In this document: positions 26,615 to 39,878 of the stretch, one piece after another | Position numbering within the stretch: the stretch's first letter is position 1 | How the letters are laid out: each line of letters begins with the position of its first letter | DNA from: Octopus vulgaris | Taxonomy: Eukaryota | Direction of reading: 5' to 3' | Assembly: GCA_951406725.2 (NCBI GenBank) | Contig: OX597833.1 | Location: 35,774,001 to 35,838,000, forward strand | DNA length: 64,000 nucleotides | The notes under the pieces: generated by a model | What the model saw: only the letters and a program-made list of their open reading frames with translations | Told to the model about the DNA's origin: nothing | The model's database searches: none | Made by a program: the position numbers and the translations under genes

Positions 26615-27108
26615 TTATCTTTTATCTTTTACTTGTTTCAGACATTGGATAGCGGCCATGCTCAAGCACTGCCTTGGAGAGTTTTAGTCGATGAAATCTA
26701 GTCTAATAATTACCTTTTGAAAAAGTCTGGTACTAATTCTATTAGTCTCTTTTGCCGAACCTTTAAATTTAACGGGACGTAAACATACTAACACCGGTTG
26801 CCAAGCGGTAGAGTTGGACCAACAAAAAATAACAGACAAATGTGTGTATCTGTGCATTCAGATACACGCACACACACACATACACACTGAAACAGCCCGT
26901 TACACACACATATATATTTATACATAATCAAGGATAAAATCGTAATAAAAAATAACGATCCTATCAATGACAGGTTTCTTTCAGTTTTGATATATCAAAC
27001 CTACCCACAAGGCTGTGGTCAGTCCAAGACTATAGCAGAAGATGGAGCGCAATGGGACTGAATCCGAATCCATGAGGCTGCGAGCAAATCACAGCCACTC
27101 CTGCGCCT
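26615..27108 (-). mobile_element. Family B SINE (diverged)
   Basis: Ends cacagccactcctgcgcc (the head on the minus strand); 3' body cttgtttcag...ggccatgct. Confidence 0.85.
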
Positions 27109-27299
27109 ATTCTGGTAAATTTTTTTTAAATAGTTGGTCGTTGGAAAAGAGGCAGTTTCCATGTCCTATGCTGACTTCCCTTAACTAGACCGATTGATGT
27201 GCATGATACAATAGACCCAGTAGATTCTATCCCCCCTCCCCATATAGTATTCCTTCAACGTGAGAAAATTAAATTACGAACTTTTGATAAACAGATTCT

Positions 27300-27529
27300 T
27301 TCATTATTTTACTTGTTTCACTCAGCTGACTTGGGCCATGCTGGAGCACTGCTTTGAACGGTTTTTGTCGGACAAATCGACCCCAGGACTTAACTTTTCT
27401 TTAAGCCTAGTACTTATTCTATCGGTCTCTTTTACCGAACCGCTTGATTACGGGGACGTAAACACACCAACTTCGGTTGTCAAGCGGTGATGGGAGGACA
27501 AACACACACACACGCACACAAACATATAT

Positions 27530-27589
<60 letters not shown>

Positions 27590-27720
27590 GGCAGGATTAT
27601 TTCAGTTTCCGTCTACAAGATCCACTTACAAGGCTTTGGGCGACCGAAGCTATAGTAGAAGACACTTGCTCAAGGTGCTACACAGTGGGACTGGACCCGG
27701 AACCATGTGGCTGCTGGGAA
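27300..27720 (-). mobile_element. Family B SINE
   Basis: Same layout as 5535-6190. Confidence 0.9.
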
Positions 27721-28076
27721 CAAATATACTCAAAACAGAGGCCAATTGCGATGTAGTTTCGATTCCCATTTCAAATCAATTCACATCTCCGGAAATGTTG
27801 TCATAAAAACATTGAGTGTCAAAACTTAGGTTCCCACAACTACAATATAGAATAGATAATTTTCATAAAATATGTTGTTTTAGTGAAGCGTGTCATAGTG
27901 ATTTGATTAGCTCTAACAAGTATTGTTATAATGATTGCTTCACTCATATCCCTAATAACGTATCTCTGGATAATAGAAAAATCTGTGATAGCTATTACCG
28001 TGACAAATAGACACCACAGTTGTCCCATACCTCTCAATCAAACGGTTTTATTCAATAATATTGTTTCCAGCAGAAA

Positions 28077-28275
28077 GGCGGCGAGCTGGGAGAATCGTTA
28101 GCTACGCCTGGAAAAATATTTAGCGGCATTTCGTCCGCATTTACGTTCTGGGGTCAAATTCCGCAGAGGTCCACTTTCTATCCTTTCGGAGTTAATAAAA
28201 AGGTACCAGTTGAGGGGTCGCTCTAATCAATCCATCTCTACCTCGGAGTTGCTGGATTTATGCCGAAACCTGAAA
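28077..28275 (+). mobile_element. Family A SINE
   Basis: Head ggcggcgagctgggagaatcgttagc. Confidence 0.85.
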
Positions 28276-28739
28276 ACAACATTGTTTCCAACCTAAGCAT
28301 GTAGCCGCATTTGGGGAGGGGGTGGAAGGAGGGGTGAGCCAAATAAACCCATTCTAGCATTTGACGAATACTTTATTTCATCTACCAGAGAAGAGAATAA
28401 GAACCAGATTTGAACTAGCACCGTAAAGATCCGGAATAAATACTGAAATGCATTTTAACGTAAGTACAACGCCCCAAATATTGTAGGAAAGGAACAGTCG
28501 ATTTTATTATCCATAGTACAGGGTTAGTACTTGTTTTAGTGACCCTAAAAATGTATTTAATAGATTATACTCTCTTCAACAATTCTGGCTTTCTGCCTAT
28601 ACAAGGAATTATGATTCGATCTGACTCAGCTTTGATTTTATTCCTGGGGGAATTTATGTAGTTAGGGAGTTATTACTCTAACCTTAGATATCTACAAGCT
28701 TTCAATAATATTTCAAGTGCTCAAAACCCTAATGATAAT

Positions 28740-30528
28740 CTTTCCTGTTCCTGACGGGCATACCATCGGCAGAAACTCTACAAGACTTTCCGTCAACTAT
28801 CTGTTTATATCATTACTCACTGTCCCTAATGCACCAATTTTTGCAGGCACAACATTTACAGTTTCATATTTCAAAGTGATTGTGTTTTAAAATGTTTTCT
28901 TCTTTCTTTACAATCCTGGAATTAAGCGGACATGATAACTCAGTCAGTAAGCAAATTCGCCTTTCTTTGTCTATTGTTGTTATAACTGGTTTATTATTTT
29001 CTATCTTATCCGTCTGAATTGGAAAAACCATAAAATCTTGCATTTTCCGACTCTAGCACCCTGTCAACCCAATGATTATACTAAGTACTTCTAGCTTCAA
29101 ACCCCCATTTCTCACAAAGCTTCGAGTGCAAAACTTTCGCGACTTGCCCATGCCTCCATTTCTTAAATTCGCCCAGAGCCAACTTGGAACATTCTGCAAC
29201 AATGTGTGCCATTGTTTTATTCCAAATTCAATATACTCTACATTTTACTGACACCTTCTCCCCATACACGCATTTTCTCAAGTTGTATGCTTTTAACGCT
29301 TGATCTTGAGCAGCTATAACAAGGCTCTCTGTTTCTTTTCTCAATTGTCCATTTTTAACTAAGCAATTGCCTTTTATTCAACAAAGCTCAGGTTTTCATT
29401 CCACATGCAACCTCAGTGGCTTTCCAAACCTGGCCAGCATGCTGTCTTTGAATTGCATTCTTGTTCTTCTCTCCTATTCCACACTTAGTCGTCTGATCTT
29501 TATTCACTGTCTTTAGAAATTTCTCTGTGCTGTTCTGTAAATATTCTAGTAGGGTTTTTTCTTCTTTTCCATCTGTACACATTCTTCCACAGCAATTAAG
29601 CCTCTTCCATCGTAGCCTCTCATAAAGTACAACCGGTTAATATCAGCTTCGGATGGTAGGTTCCATACATAATAAACATCTTTCTAGTTTTTGTGTGAAA
29701 TTTCTGTATGTCGCTTTTGGTCCGGTCTACAATTCAAACTCCATATCTGACAACCGGTACTGCTTTTGCATTTATTGCTTCAATAACATTTTTAGAATTC
29801 ATCTTTGGCTGTAATATTTTTCTCACACTCCTAGTTGTAATTTGCTTTATCTCTTCATGTTTTATTTCATCTGCCTTCAGTATTCCCAAATTCTGATATC
29901 ACTGTCCTGTCTCAACTACTTTCATTATTTGCCCATTTGACATGTCTATTGCTTGGCTTCCTTCAAATCTTCCTCGTTTCCTTATCAATGCAATGCACTT
30001 TTCAGTCCCAAATTCCATACCTACATCATTTGAGAAAATACAAACGGTATGTACAAGACTTTCAAGACACTTCTCGTTTTTCTTATAAAGCTTTATATCA
30101 GCCATAAAAAGGAGATTATTTGTCTTAGCATATCCTTTTCCCAAATCATAAGCTATTTTAACTTCTCGCAATATCAAACTCAGCGGTACAAATAGTAATG
30201 GAGATAAACTATCACCTTGAAATATACCACTTCTGATGTTCACTTTCCTCAAGTCTTTGTTTTCCTTCAATCAATTCAGTATTCCAATACTTCATACTTT
30301 CATTAACCATTTTCTCCATATTTTCTGCCACTCCAAGCATGCTCATTGTTTTACTTATCCACGTATCCAGTGTAGTTAGATATGATTTTCTGTAATTCAA
30401 CCATGCAACATTCGATCCCATTAATAGCCGTCTACAATTTCTATTTATCATTTTATCAACTAATAACAGGTCTTTATTTGCCTTTCGGTATCCTTTCTGT
30501 TATACTGATAATAAATTGTTACTTTCCA
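28740..30528 (-). mobile_element. R4/Dong-clade non-LTR retrotransposon, decayed RT plus REL endonuclease
   Basis: GIFQGDSLSPLLF, LLFMADIKLY (RT YMDD motif decayed), GMEFGTEKC, AINAKAVPVVRYG, ETESLVIAAQDQAL and HIVAECSKLA. Multiple stops and frameshifts. Confidence 0.92.
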
Positions 30529-30529
30529 G

Positions 30530-30831
30530 TTAATAATAATAATAATAATAATAACAACAACAATAATAACAACAACAATAATAATAATAACAATAATAAT
30601 AATAACAATAATAATAACAACAATAATAACAACAATAATAATAATAACAATAATAATAACAACAATAATAATAACAACAATAATAATAACAACAATAATA
30701 ATAATAACAATAATAACAATAATAACAATAATAACAACAATAATAACAATAATAACAACAATAATAATAATAACAATAATAACAACAATAATAATAATAA
30801 TTATTATTATTATTATCAGTATTATTATTAT
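30530..30831. repeat. (AAT/AAC)n then (TTA)n microsatellite
   Basis: Directly visible. Confidence 0.95.
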
Positions 30832-31485
30832 TCAATGTGTTGGCACAGATTCTAACGCTGGAGATGTACTAGAGTGCCAGCTGTTCACAACCAGTGAACT
30901 CAGGTAACACCTTTTATTTTTTGGGCACCATCTGGTATATTCAAACGGTTCCATGCAGTACTGTTTCTGCAAGTGCTCCACCCTTATTACAGCTTCTATT
31001 TGTTCCATGTACTTCTCAAGATTTTTACTCACTGTTCCCAGGGCTCCAACAATTATTGGTACTACTACACCTTTTTCAGGGACCACAACTGCTTAACCTC
31101 CCAAGCTAACCTATCACATCTATCGACTTTTCTTTCTTCCTTATTGCATACCTTGTTGTCAGCTGGGCATGTTATCTATATCTATGAGCCAGCATTATTT
31201 GCTTTCTTTCTCAATTAACACTATTTCCGGCTTCCTATTCTCTATCTCATGGTCGCATTGAATCATAAAATCCCATAGGATCTTTGCATTTCTATTTCCG
31301 ACGATGCCTTCAAGTTTGTGGTCGTACCAATTTTTTGCTCTGTCAAGTCTATACTTGTTGCAAAGTGTCCAATGGACAAGCCTGGCTATGTTGTCGTGGT
31401 TCCTCTTATATTCCTTCTGGGCTAGCGGCATACATTGGTTGGTAATATGCCATACGGTTTCATAGTGGCGTACATTGGCTGGTAT
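30832..31485 (-). mobile_element. R4/Dong LINE 3' fragment (zinc finger plus REL endonuclease)
   Basis: ETVWHITNQCMPLAQKEYKRNHDNIARLVHW, KILWDFMIQCDHEIENRKPEIV and VVVPIIVGALGTV. Confidence 0.92.
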
Positions 31486-31529
31486 CATTATTATTATTAT
31501 TATTATCATTATTATTATTATTTAATGAA

Positions 31530-31885
31530 AACTCTCAGCTTACTTCGATGGGAATTAGGGAAAGTGTCAGCTGTTCACAGCCAGCAGACTAAGGTGACAC
31601 TTGTTTATTGGCCATGCTTAAAAACCCTTGCGAAGAATTCTTGCAGTTCCAAACAATGCTGATATTTGTAGGTGTTCTACCTTTACATTTGTACCAATCT
31701 TTTTGAGCCATGCTGGTAGTTAGAACTTATACTTTCAAGTGCGCCAGTTACTATTAGTATCACGTCTGCCCTCCTCATTAACCACAACCTTCGTATTTCC
31801 CCCACTCCAAATCGTCGTAATTGTTAAGTTTTTCTTCTTTCTCTTTGATCCCATTGCCACCGGAAATGTTATGCAAATTATCATG
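31530..31885 (-). mobile_element. Older R4/Dong 3' end remnant
   Basis: LQISALFGTARILRK C-terminal motif. The 3' UTR shares cagctgttcaca with 30832-31485. Confidence 0.65.
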
Positions 31886-31899
31886 CATTGTTGTTGTTG

Positions 31900-31938
<39 letters not shown>

Positions 31939-31977
31939 GCGTGTGTATATGTGTCTTTGTATGTGTGTGTGTGTTCT

Positions 31978-33385
31978 AAAACTCGACGCCTAGAAGCATC
32001 AACACACGCTCTTCTAGGCGGAACAAGTTTTGAAAGAAATATGGGCCGATGTATGCTATGTCACCAAAGGAAGGAAATTAGGCTGTGTCGAGATCCTCTT
32101 CAAGAGTGAAGTCTTCACTCTGGAGCACTTCACATCCCCATTACATTAACGAGTGCTTTTGATTTACCCAACTTATCTAGATAGAAAGAACTGCCGCAAC
32201 TGAGGTGGACATCTGGGAGTTGTTAGCTTGTGTTACTTTGAAAAACTCCTCGAAATAAAACGAACGAAGAGAGTTGTGGTCTGAGAGCGCAGTGGAGATC
32301 CTTATCCAGATGAGCTCGGAGTAGGTGGAAAAGATCTTAGGTCTAATTCAGTTGCTCAACGGAGAGAACATGCGAGTTGCGGTTGAGGAAAGAAAGACAA
32401 GATGTCACCTGTGTGGTGCGAAATGTCGCTCCCAAAATTTCTGTACTGAAAAAAAAAAGCAGGAGAGAGAAGTTCCCATAGCTGTCGACACCTTACTCCC
32501 AACGACAGCAACAACATAGAGTAGTAACATCACCAGTGAAACGAACAGAAACAGCAGCAGCAGCGGAGACGCAATGGCCCAGTGGTCAGGGCAGCGGATT
32601 CGCGGTTTCGATTCCCAGACCGGGCGATGTGTGTGTTTATTGAGCGAAAACATCTAAAGTTCCACGAGGCTCCGGCAGGGAGTGGTGGCGACCCCTGTTG
32701 TACTCTTTCGCCCCAACTTTCTCTCACTCTTTCTTCCTGTTTCTTGTCCCCGACTTCCTAAGCAACCGGTGAGCCTGGATGCGCATTCATCCATCCGTCG
32801 ATGCTCTCGGTGTCGGGGGTTGACCTGCTTTCTCTTCTGCGGGTCTTACGAATAGCAAAGGACCACGTTTCGGACTTCTCCCATCTTGCGAGCTCTGGTA
32901 CGAAGACCGTTCGCTCAACAGCAACAGCAACAACACTAAGAACATTGATAACAGTAGTCACAGCAATCACGATATGGACAACAGTAGAACTTAAACCTAC
33001 GACCGATGCAAATATCCACATCTCATCCAAAACTCGTCAAATTTAACCGAAACACTCTGTAAAAAATACTGACAGAGTATTTCCCCTCCCCAATGGTGTG
33101 AGAAGTCTAAACGTAAGGGCCAGCAGTAGGCACCTAAAGGCACCTCCCAAAGAAAACTGCAAACTGCATGGAGACCGATCCATCAGGGCTCCCGAACACC
33201 AAATACGTAACTCGTTTCCTTTTCTCCTCGTTATTTTTAAACCAACAAGGTGGCTCTGAGAGGGGGATTTTTAAATGCTCATAGCCTGAGGTCACTTTGG
33301 AAGCAGGGGCGCCTGCCCATTGATCTCACGTCGCTAGGTTAGGATGTGATAGCCATCATCATGATCGAAATCTCCGACACCCAAA
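31978..33385 (+). mobile_element. Tx1-clade LINE 5' part: ORF1 zinc knuckle and start of ORF2 APE domain, interrupted by a SINE
   Basis: MRVAVEERKTRCHLCGAKCRSQNFC is a decayed CCHC knuckle. LNAHSLRSLWKQGRLPIDLTSLG*DVIAI resembles the APE N-terminus (NVRGL...DIVAISET). Confidence 0.65.
32565..32910 (+). mobile_element. tRNA-derived SINE related to 20708-21139
   Basis: ggagacgcaatggcccagtggtcaggg...ttcgattcccagaccgggcgatgtgtgtgtttat. Confidence 0.85.
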
Positions 33386-33899
33386 AGATTAAGTTAGCGA
33401 GCTGGCAGAATGTTTAGCATGCTTGGCAGAATAGTTAGCATGCTTGGCAAAATGATTTCAAATTCCACCGAGTTCGACTTTACCTGGATTCGATACAATC
33501 GACTTACTCACTCCCCCACGAAATTACGTGGGTGGAATAATATCTGAAATATCTGTCTATTTCTCAATCAGTATGAATAGTTACAATATTATTTCTTTTG
33601 TCATTTTCTGATATCTTTTTGTAATATATTTTCTATGTCGATATTTTTTGCTCAGCCATACCTGAACGTATAAGAAGTTTGGGAATGACATGGCACATTT
33701 TTATAATGTATCATTAAAATTCCGTTCTGTAAATGAAGCTTTTAGTTTGTGACGAGAAGTTTGGGGTTATGTTCACAGAACGAAATCCTCTGAATACTAG
33801 AGTTTGTTCTGAATTCGTTCTCATATTACTTATAATTTGTTCGTTTATGGCATATATTTACCATTTAGAAAGACATGTCTGGATGCAAATATTGCTTTA

Positions 33900-34320
33900 A
33901 ATTTTTGGGCAACGCCAATAAATTTGGAAAGGGGATAAGTCGATTACATCAACCACAGTGATCAAATGATACGTATTTTATCGACCCCGAAGGAATGCAA
34001 GGCAAAATCAACTCAGAACGCAAACACGGACGAAATGCCGCAAAACATTTTGCCCGGCGCGCCAAACATTCTGCCAAATCACCGTCTCAATCTTGCTACG
34101 AATATCGGTCTCCAATTTTGACAGAAGGCCAGTAATCTCGGACGAAGGGTAAAGTCGATTACATCGACCCCCAATCACCAAATAGTACTTATTTTATCGA
34201 CCCCGAGAGGATGAAGGGCAAAGTCAATCTCGGCGAAATTTGAACTGAGAACGTAAAGGTGGAGGAAATGCCGCTAAGCATTTTGTCCGCCCTGCTAACG
34301 ATTCTGCCAGCTCGCCATCT
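33900..34320 (-). mobile_element. Two tandem family A SINEs
   Basis: Each has aagtcgattacatc...atcgacccc...gaaatgccgc...ttctgcca. Confidence 0.88.
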
Positions 34321-34568
34321 TAATCTTACCACAAATATTGCCTCCGATTTTTGAAGTTGAAGTTTAATAATTTTTATAGGTATTTTTAAAAATTGTGTCT
34401 TTGTTTAATCTTACACTTTTATCTCTAAAATTATCTCTTTTCTTCAAATTCATGTTTTTCTTTTATCTTTTGATAGCCAGAAAATAGCGAACAATCATGT
34501 TTCCTCTCTCCAGCAATAACATTTTGTTATCTTAAAGAAGCTAGTTTGCATAAATTTTCTAATTTCAG

Positions 34569-34594
34569 AATGCATTTACCTCCTTGTGTTTCAG
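34569..34594 (+). CDS. Candidate 26-nt micro-exon, or AG|GT recursive splice site
   Basis: ttttctaatttcAG|aatgcatttacctccttgtgtttcag|GTAAAT. If spliced after 11282 it reads RMHLPPCVS in frame. Confidence 0.3.
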
Positions 34595-35189
34595 GTAAAT
34601 ATATTATCTTTACGTCTATTTTAGGTAGCACACTGTCAAAATTGTCATTATCTTATCGCTCGCTTTATACTTGACAACTCACTAAATATTCAAATGAGTA
34701 CATAATGGACCAACTAAAATTAAGATACCTATAATATTTTTTTAGCATTGCTATAAGTAATGAGAGTATTAATCTGACACAGCTATAATATTCTCTTTTG
34801 AATGGATTTTCAGTGTTGTATTCCGTATATATATATATATCTACTCATAAGCATATACCTGACCTTGGACCAGTTCTCTTATCTCTCTTCTTTATCTCGC
34901 AAGACAATACTGGTTGTGTGTGAGGTAACTGTCTGTGATCTCCAGCCAAGAGAATGAGGTTATCAACACACAAGCTGTACCTTGTCATCACGTTCATTCT
35001 AGAGTAGCATATTGATTAACGGGCCTTAGTAGTAAATTAAGAACGGAATGCAGAAAATGAAATGGGAATTTTTTCTACTTGAAAATCTTTACATGTTCAT
35101 TTATATATTCGATCTATCCGCTAATTATTAGTACTGTTTTACCTCAATATTTAGTGTAAATTATTTACTTATTGGCTATAACATATTTT

Positions 35190-35780
35190 GGTTCCACCTT
35201 ATTAACTCCCAACACTCACCTTATTGGTACTACATTACTAACTGTAAATTAACCACTTACTATTGGTACCGCAGTACTAATTATAAATTGACCACTTATT
35301 GTTAGTACCACTATACTAACTTACTATTTGTACTACATTACTAACTGTAAATTAACCACTTACTATTGGTACCACAGTACTAATTATAAATTGACCACTT
35401 ATTGTTGGTACCACTATACTAACTTACTATTTGTACGACATTACTAACTGTAAATTAACTACTAATTGTTGGTACCACTATATTAACTTGGTACTATCCA
35501 CTTGCTATTGGTACCGCATTACTAACTATAAATTTAGTACAATCCAGTTATCATTGATACTACATTACTAACTGTAAAATGACAATTTGCTGTTGGTAGC
35601 ACTATACCAACTTGGTATTATTCACTTATTAGTTTCATATCACTAGCTCTAAATTTTGGTGCCACCTTACTAACAGTGGACTGTCTACATATTATAGGCG
35701 CCGCTTTACTAATTGTCAATAGCACACTTATTAGTGATACCAACTAACTATATACTATCCACCTATTATTAATGCTACTT
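35190..35780. repeat. About 34-bp minisatellite (ccacttattattggtaccacattactaactgtaaatt)
   Basis: Many tandem, diverging copies. Confidence 0.88.
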
Positions 35781-35789
35781 TTCAAGGAA

Positions 35790-36020
35790 CAAGGCCCCTA
35801 CCGACGCATAGGCTCATAAGGCCGGTTTCCCGAATTCTGCAGCGAATATATTCCCCACTGGACGGGATGCTGATCCATCACATCATTATTCATTTTTGCC
35901 AGCTGAGTGGACCGGATCACTGCGAAATTCAAGAACTCAGCACATCACTCGGTTCAGGAATTGAAACCAAAATATTACGATTATGAGCGTAACACTTTAA
36001 TCTCTAAGTCACAATCTCAC
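35790..36020 (-). mobile_element. Diverged family C SINE
   Basis: Same order of motifs as 36172-36434. Confidence 0.75.
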
Positions 36021-36171
36021 TTGTATAAATTGTCATGTCATTGGTGTCACCTTGCTAATCAAGAATAGGTGCTAATTACAAATAGTAAGTTATTATTCTT
36101 ATACCAATATTGTTCCTTACAGTTGCTGCTACCTTATTAACTGCAGACCGTTCCTTCTTCGTGGAACATTA

Positions 36172-36434
36172 AAACAACATTCATAAATGCGCCCTTTTAA
36201 AGCCTAGCCAGGCTCATGGGCCCGGTTTCCCGGTTTCTATGGCGTATATGTTCCCCAGCTGGACGGGACGCCAGTCCATCGCAGCGTTACTCATTTTTGC
36301 CAGCTGAATGAACTGGAACAACGTGAAATGAAGTGTTTTGCTCAAGAACACAACGCGTCGCTTGGTCCAGGAATCGAAACCACAATCTTACGATCATGAT
36401 GCTAACACCCTAACCAATAAGCCACGCGTCTCCA
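36172..36434 (-). mobile_element. Family C SINE with a 15-bp TSD
   Basis: TSD cttcgtggaacatta at 36157-36171 and 36435-36449. Minus-strand head ggagacgcgtggcttattggttaggg...ttcgattcc. Confidence 0.92.
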
Positions 36435-36520
36435 CTTCGTGGAACATTACTAACACTAAATTGCTACTTTTTTTATTAACAACACCTTAGTGCCTGTACA
36501 TTAAGCCCATATTGGTTACA

Positions 36521-36865
36521 CCAGTGATTCTCAAACTTTTTCTTTTACCTATGGACCCCTTTGATTACTATTTTATTCTGGTGGACCTCCATAGCCACTC
36601 GATGCTAAAAAACTGGTTTTATAGATACTTCTTTCAAAGTTCCTTTTTTTGATATTCATGCGTTAACTTGTGTAGGTCGGACTATGTAAAACGTTAGAGG
36701 AAGGAACCCGGCTGTTTCATGCAACAAATACATTTAAAGCAAAACTTTTTCATGGACCCTCAAAATACTACTGTGGATCCCCAATTCACTACTTCTTTTG
36801 CGTGGACCCCCGCACATCTTACATAGACCTGCTAGGGTGAAATAGATCCCGATTGAGAACCATTA
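36521..36865. mobile_element. hAT-type MITE (family of 17912 and 59248)
   Basis: TIRs ccagtgattctcaa and ttgagaaccattag, with repeated ggaccc. Confidence 0.8.
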
Positions 36866-37287
36866 GGTGTAACCTAGTGGGATTTGAACTCCGGACTTAA
36901 AGAGGGGCGAAATTCCGCTAAGCATTTCACCCAGTCTGCTAACGATTCTGCCAGCTCGCCGCCTAACTGGCCACGATACAGGACGATACAATGTGGGATT
37001 GCGTAAAAAATGAGTAAACAAGAAAAGTAGCAAAAATATTCAAACAGATTCTCAAGACGACTTTCGGGGGCTATTCAAGGAGACCCCACAAAAACCTGAT
37101 CTCCAAAGCAAGCGCTCTCTCACCAAGTCTTCTTTCTCTAGTCTACAGGAGCATGTTCAGAGTAGGCTCATTCACCCGGACTAGTCTTGCCACTCACATC
37201 CACTCTTCATCAATACATAATATAAATAATTTATTATATTTTTATTGGGTGTACGTAACCGATTGAAAAATCTCCCTTGTTGTATAC

Positions 37288-37432
37288 CAGTTGTTCTCAA
37301 CCTTTTTACTACCAAGGATACCTTTTATTTAAATGAGTTTTCCCATGGATCCCAGGATATTGAAAGATCAGTTAGCTTAACATGTTCACGGACCCCGGCA
37401 CTACCTTTGCGGACCACAGGGTGGGAACTACT
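37288..37432. mobile_element. Short hAT-type MITE
   Basis: TIRs cagttgttctcaacc and ggtgggaactactg. Confidence 0.7.
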
Positions 37433-37688
37433 GTTGCATACTAACGTTTGGTATTACTGATACAAAATCACTAAGTACAAATCGTCTCTTATAATTATTT
37501 GCCAAAGTATAAGAACTAAATTGTCCACATTTTAATGGTACCAACTTACTAATTGTAAATTAGTACTGGTATCACATTATTAGATTTGAATAGTTTCTTT
37601 TAACTTGTACCACCATACTACCAATTTACCGTGAATTGTCGACTCACTTATCGTTTTACCTTACAAAATATAAACTGCCTTGAGTTAT

Positions 37689-38087
37689 TCTTTTCTACTC
37701 TAGGCACAAGGCCCAAAAGTTTTGGGGAGGTGGTAGTCGATTAGATCGACCCCAGTACACAACTGGTATTTAATTTATAGACCCCAAAAGGATGAAAGGC
37801 AAAGTCGACCCTCGACGGAATTTGAACTCAGAACGTTAAGACAGATGAAATACTTATTCCTTTACTATCCACAAGGGGCTAAACACAGAGGGGACAAACA
37901 AGGACAGACAAACGGTTTAAGTCGATTACATCGACCCCAGTGCGTAACTGGTACTTAATTTATTGACCCCGAAAGGATGAAAGGCAAAGTCGACCTCGGC
38001 GGAATTTGAACTCAGAACGTAAAGACAGACGAAATGCCGCTAGACATTTCGCCCGGCGTGATAACGTTTCTGCCAGCTCGCCGCCTT
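37689..38087 (-). mobile_element. Young dimeric family A SINE with TSD
   Basis: Two cores in tandem, flanked by aactgccttgagttatt and aaccgccttgagatatt. Confidence 0.92.
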
Positions 38088-38274
38088 AACCGCCTTGAGA
38101 TATTGGTGTCACTATTTAAAGAGCAGATTTTTATTGGTCCCACATTACTTACTCTAAAGTGTTACCTTAAAAACGGCTGACTGGAACTTGTTATTTATTA
38201 GCTCTGCCTTACTTATTCGAAATTGTCCACTTTTACTATGTGCCTAAACTGTTCCCCAATATTATCTTAAATGC

Positions 38275-38925
38275 AAACTGTCCTTCATAATTACTATCAA
38301 CATATTATAGAACCACACCCCACTCTTATTCGGCGCTCAAACCCCAAGCAACCATTACCCAGGAAAAAAATAAAAATGTGCTGTTAATTCGTCAAACAAT
38401 TTTGTGCTAATTTGTTAATTAATTGCCATTAAAAGAAAGTTTCTACAGTATCTAAAATGGATAAAATGTTTCGTCTATTTTAATTGTAAACTGTTCTTTA
38501 TTATTACTACCAACATATTATAGAACCTGCACACCCTCTTATACGACACTCAAAATAACTGTAAATCCTAAGCAACCCAGGAGAAAATAAATTAAAATGT
38601 GCTGTTAATTAGTCAAGAAATTTTGTCCTAATTTGTTAATTGCCATTAAAAGAAAGTTTCTAGTTATCTAAAATGGATAAATTGTCCCGTCCTTATAGGT
38701 TCACCATACTATCTTAACTGTAATATGTCCTTTATTATTACTATCAACATATTATAGAACCCTCCTCTTATCCGGCACTCAAATAACCGGAAATCTCAAG
38801 CAACCGGCACCCAGGAAAAAATAATTTAAAATGTGTTGTTAATTAGAGTCAAGAAATGTTGTGCTAATTTGTGTTAATTGATTAATTACCATTAAAAGAA
38901 AGTTTCTACTGTGTCTAAAATGGAT
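38275..38925. repeat. Three tandem copies of a ~215-bp unit
   Basis: ttacta.caacatattatagaacc...aaaatgtg.tgttaatt...ccattaaaagaaagtttcta...tctaaaatggat occurs three times. Confidence 0.9.
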
Positions 38926-39726
38926 GTTTTCTTTTCAAACCACAATTCAGAATCTTGTTTTACTGCATTTGCAATACCTGTATTTCATTAGGTTAATAAA
39001 AATTTTATTTAAATTATATTTTTTATTTATTCTTTTTATCTCATTTCTGCTATATTCGAAATATTATTGATGTATGTCTTTTATCTTTTACCTATTTCAG
39101 TCATTTTATGTCGGTCAAGCTGGAGCACCGCTTTGAAGAAATTATAGTCGAATGATTCGACCTCCGTATTTATTTTTTTATAAACCTGGTACTTACCGTA
39201 TCCGATTCTTTTGCAACCGCTAAGTTGCGGGGACATAAACACACCAACAGCGGTTGAGAAGCTGTGGTGGGGAAAACACAGATGCAAAGACACAAACACA
39301 CGCTTAGCAGCATAGGCGATGGAGACGCCTATACTGCTAAGTGCTTTATCGGTGCGAAACCAATGGTCACTCAATGACCATCCACAACTTTTAGCATCCC
39401 AACACACGTATATCTATTGGATTTTGGTCATAAGGTATTGGAATATTATATGTATACCATTCTGCCTAAAAGATCACTTTAATCACAACCCTGGATTCAA
39501 TAACACTGTGTATAAACTCTACACTTGGAATGACCAATTTTAGATACTATTGGATTTTATTCATAAAGTATTGGAATCTTATATGTATACCATTCTGCTT
39601 TAAAAAATGGATCTACTAGTGCAATATCCCTACATATCTCACATCTATTTTCTTTTACTTCCTCCACCTCACTCTCTATTTTATATCGCATCTAAATTAA
39701 CTATTTCTTAACCTTCCTCTCACACT

Positions 39727-39774
39727 GTCTCCGTTGAAGGGATATAATAAATATCCTGGAAACAGCTGTAAGAC
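39727..39774 (+). ncRNA. Degenerate minimal hammerhead ribozyme (Penelope type)
   Basis: gtct-ccgttga-agggatat(aataa)atatcctg-GAAACAGCTGTA-agac. Stems I and II and the palindromic stem III are intact, but the CUGANGA box is mutated. Confidence 0.5.
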
Positions 39775-39841
39775 CTTCTATCTATAAATGTTCTAAAATC
39801 TACACAGCCTTGGTTTTTTAATCTCATTACGAAATAAAATA

Positions 39842-39877
<36 letters not shown>

Positions 39878-39878
<1 letters not shown>

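Noticed and set aside
35190-35780. CRISPR-like periodicity of about 34 bp
   Set aside because: The units are contiguous with no unique spacers, there are no cas genes, and the context is eukaryotic. It is a minisatellite.
37048-37183. Open stretch DSQDDFRGLFKETPQKPDLQSKRSL...
   Set aside because: The upstream context is A-rich with no acceptor tract. It is more likely a decayed TE fragment.
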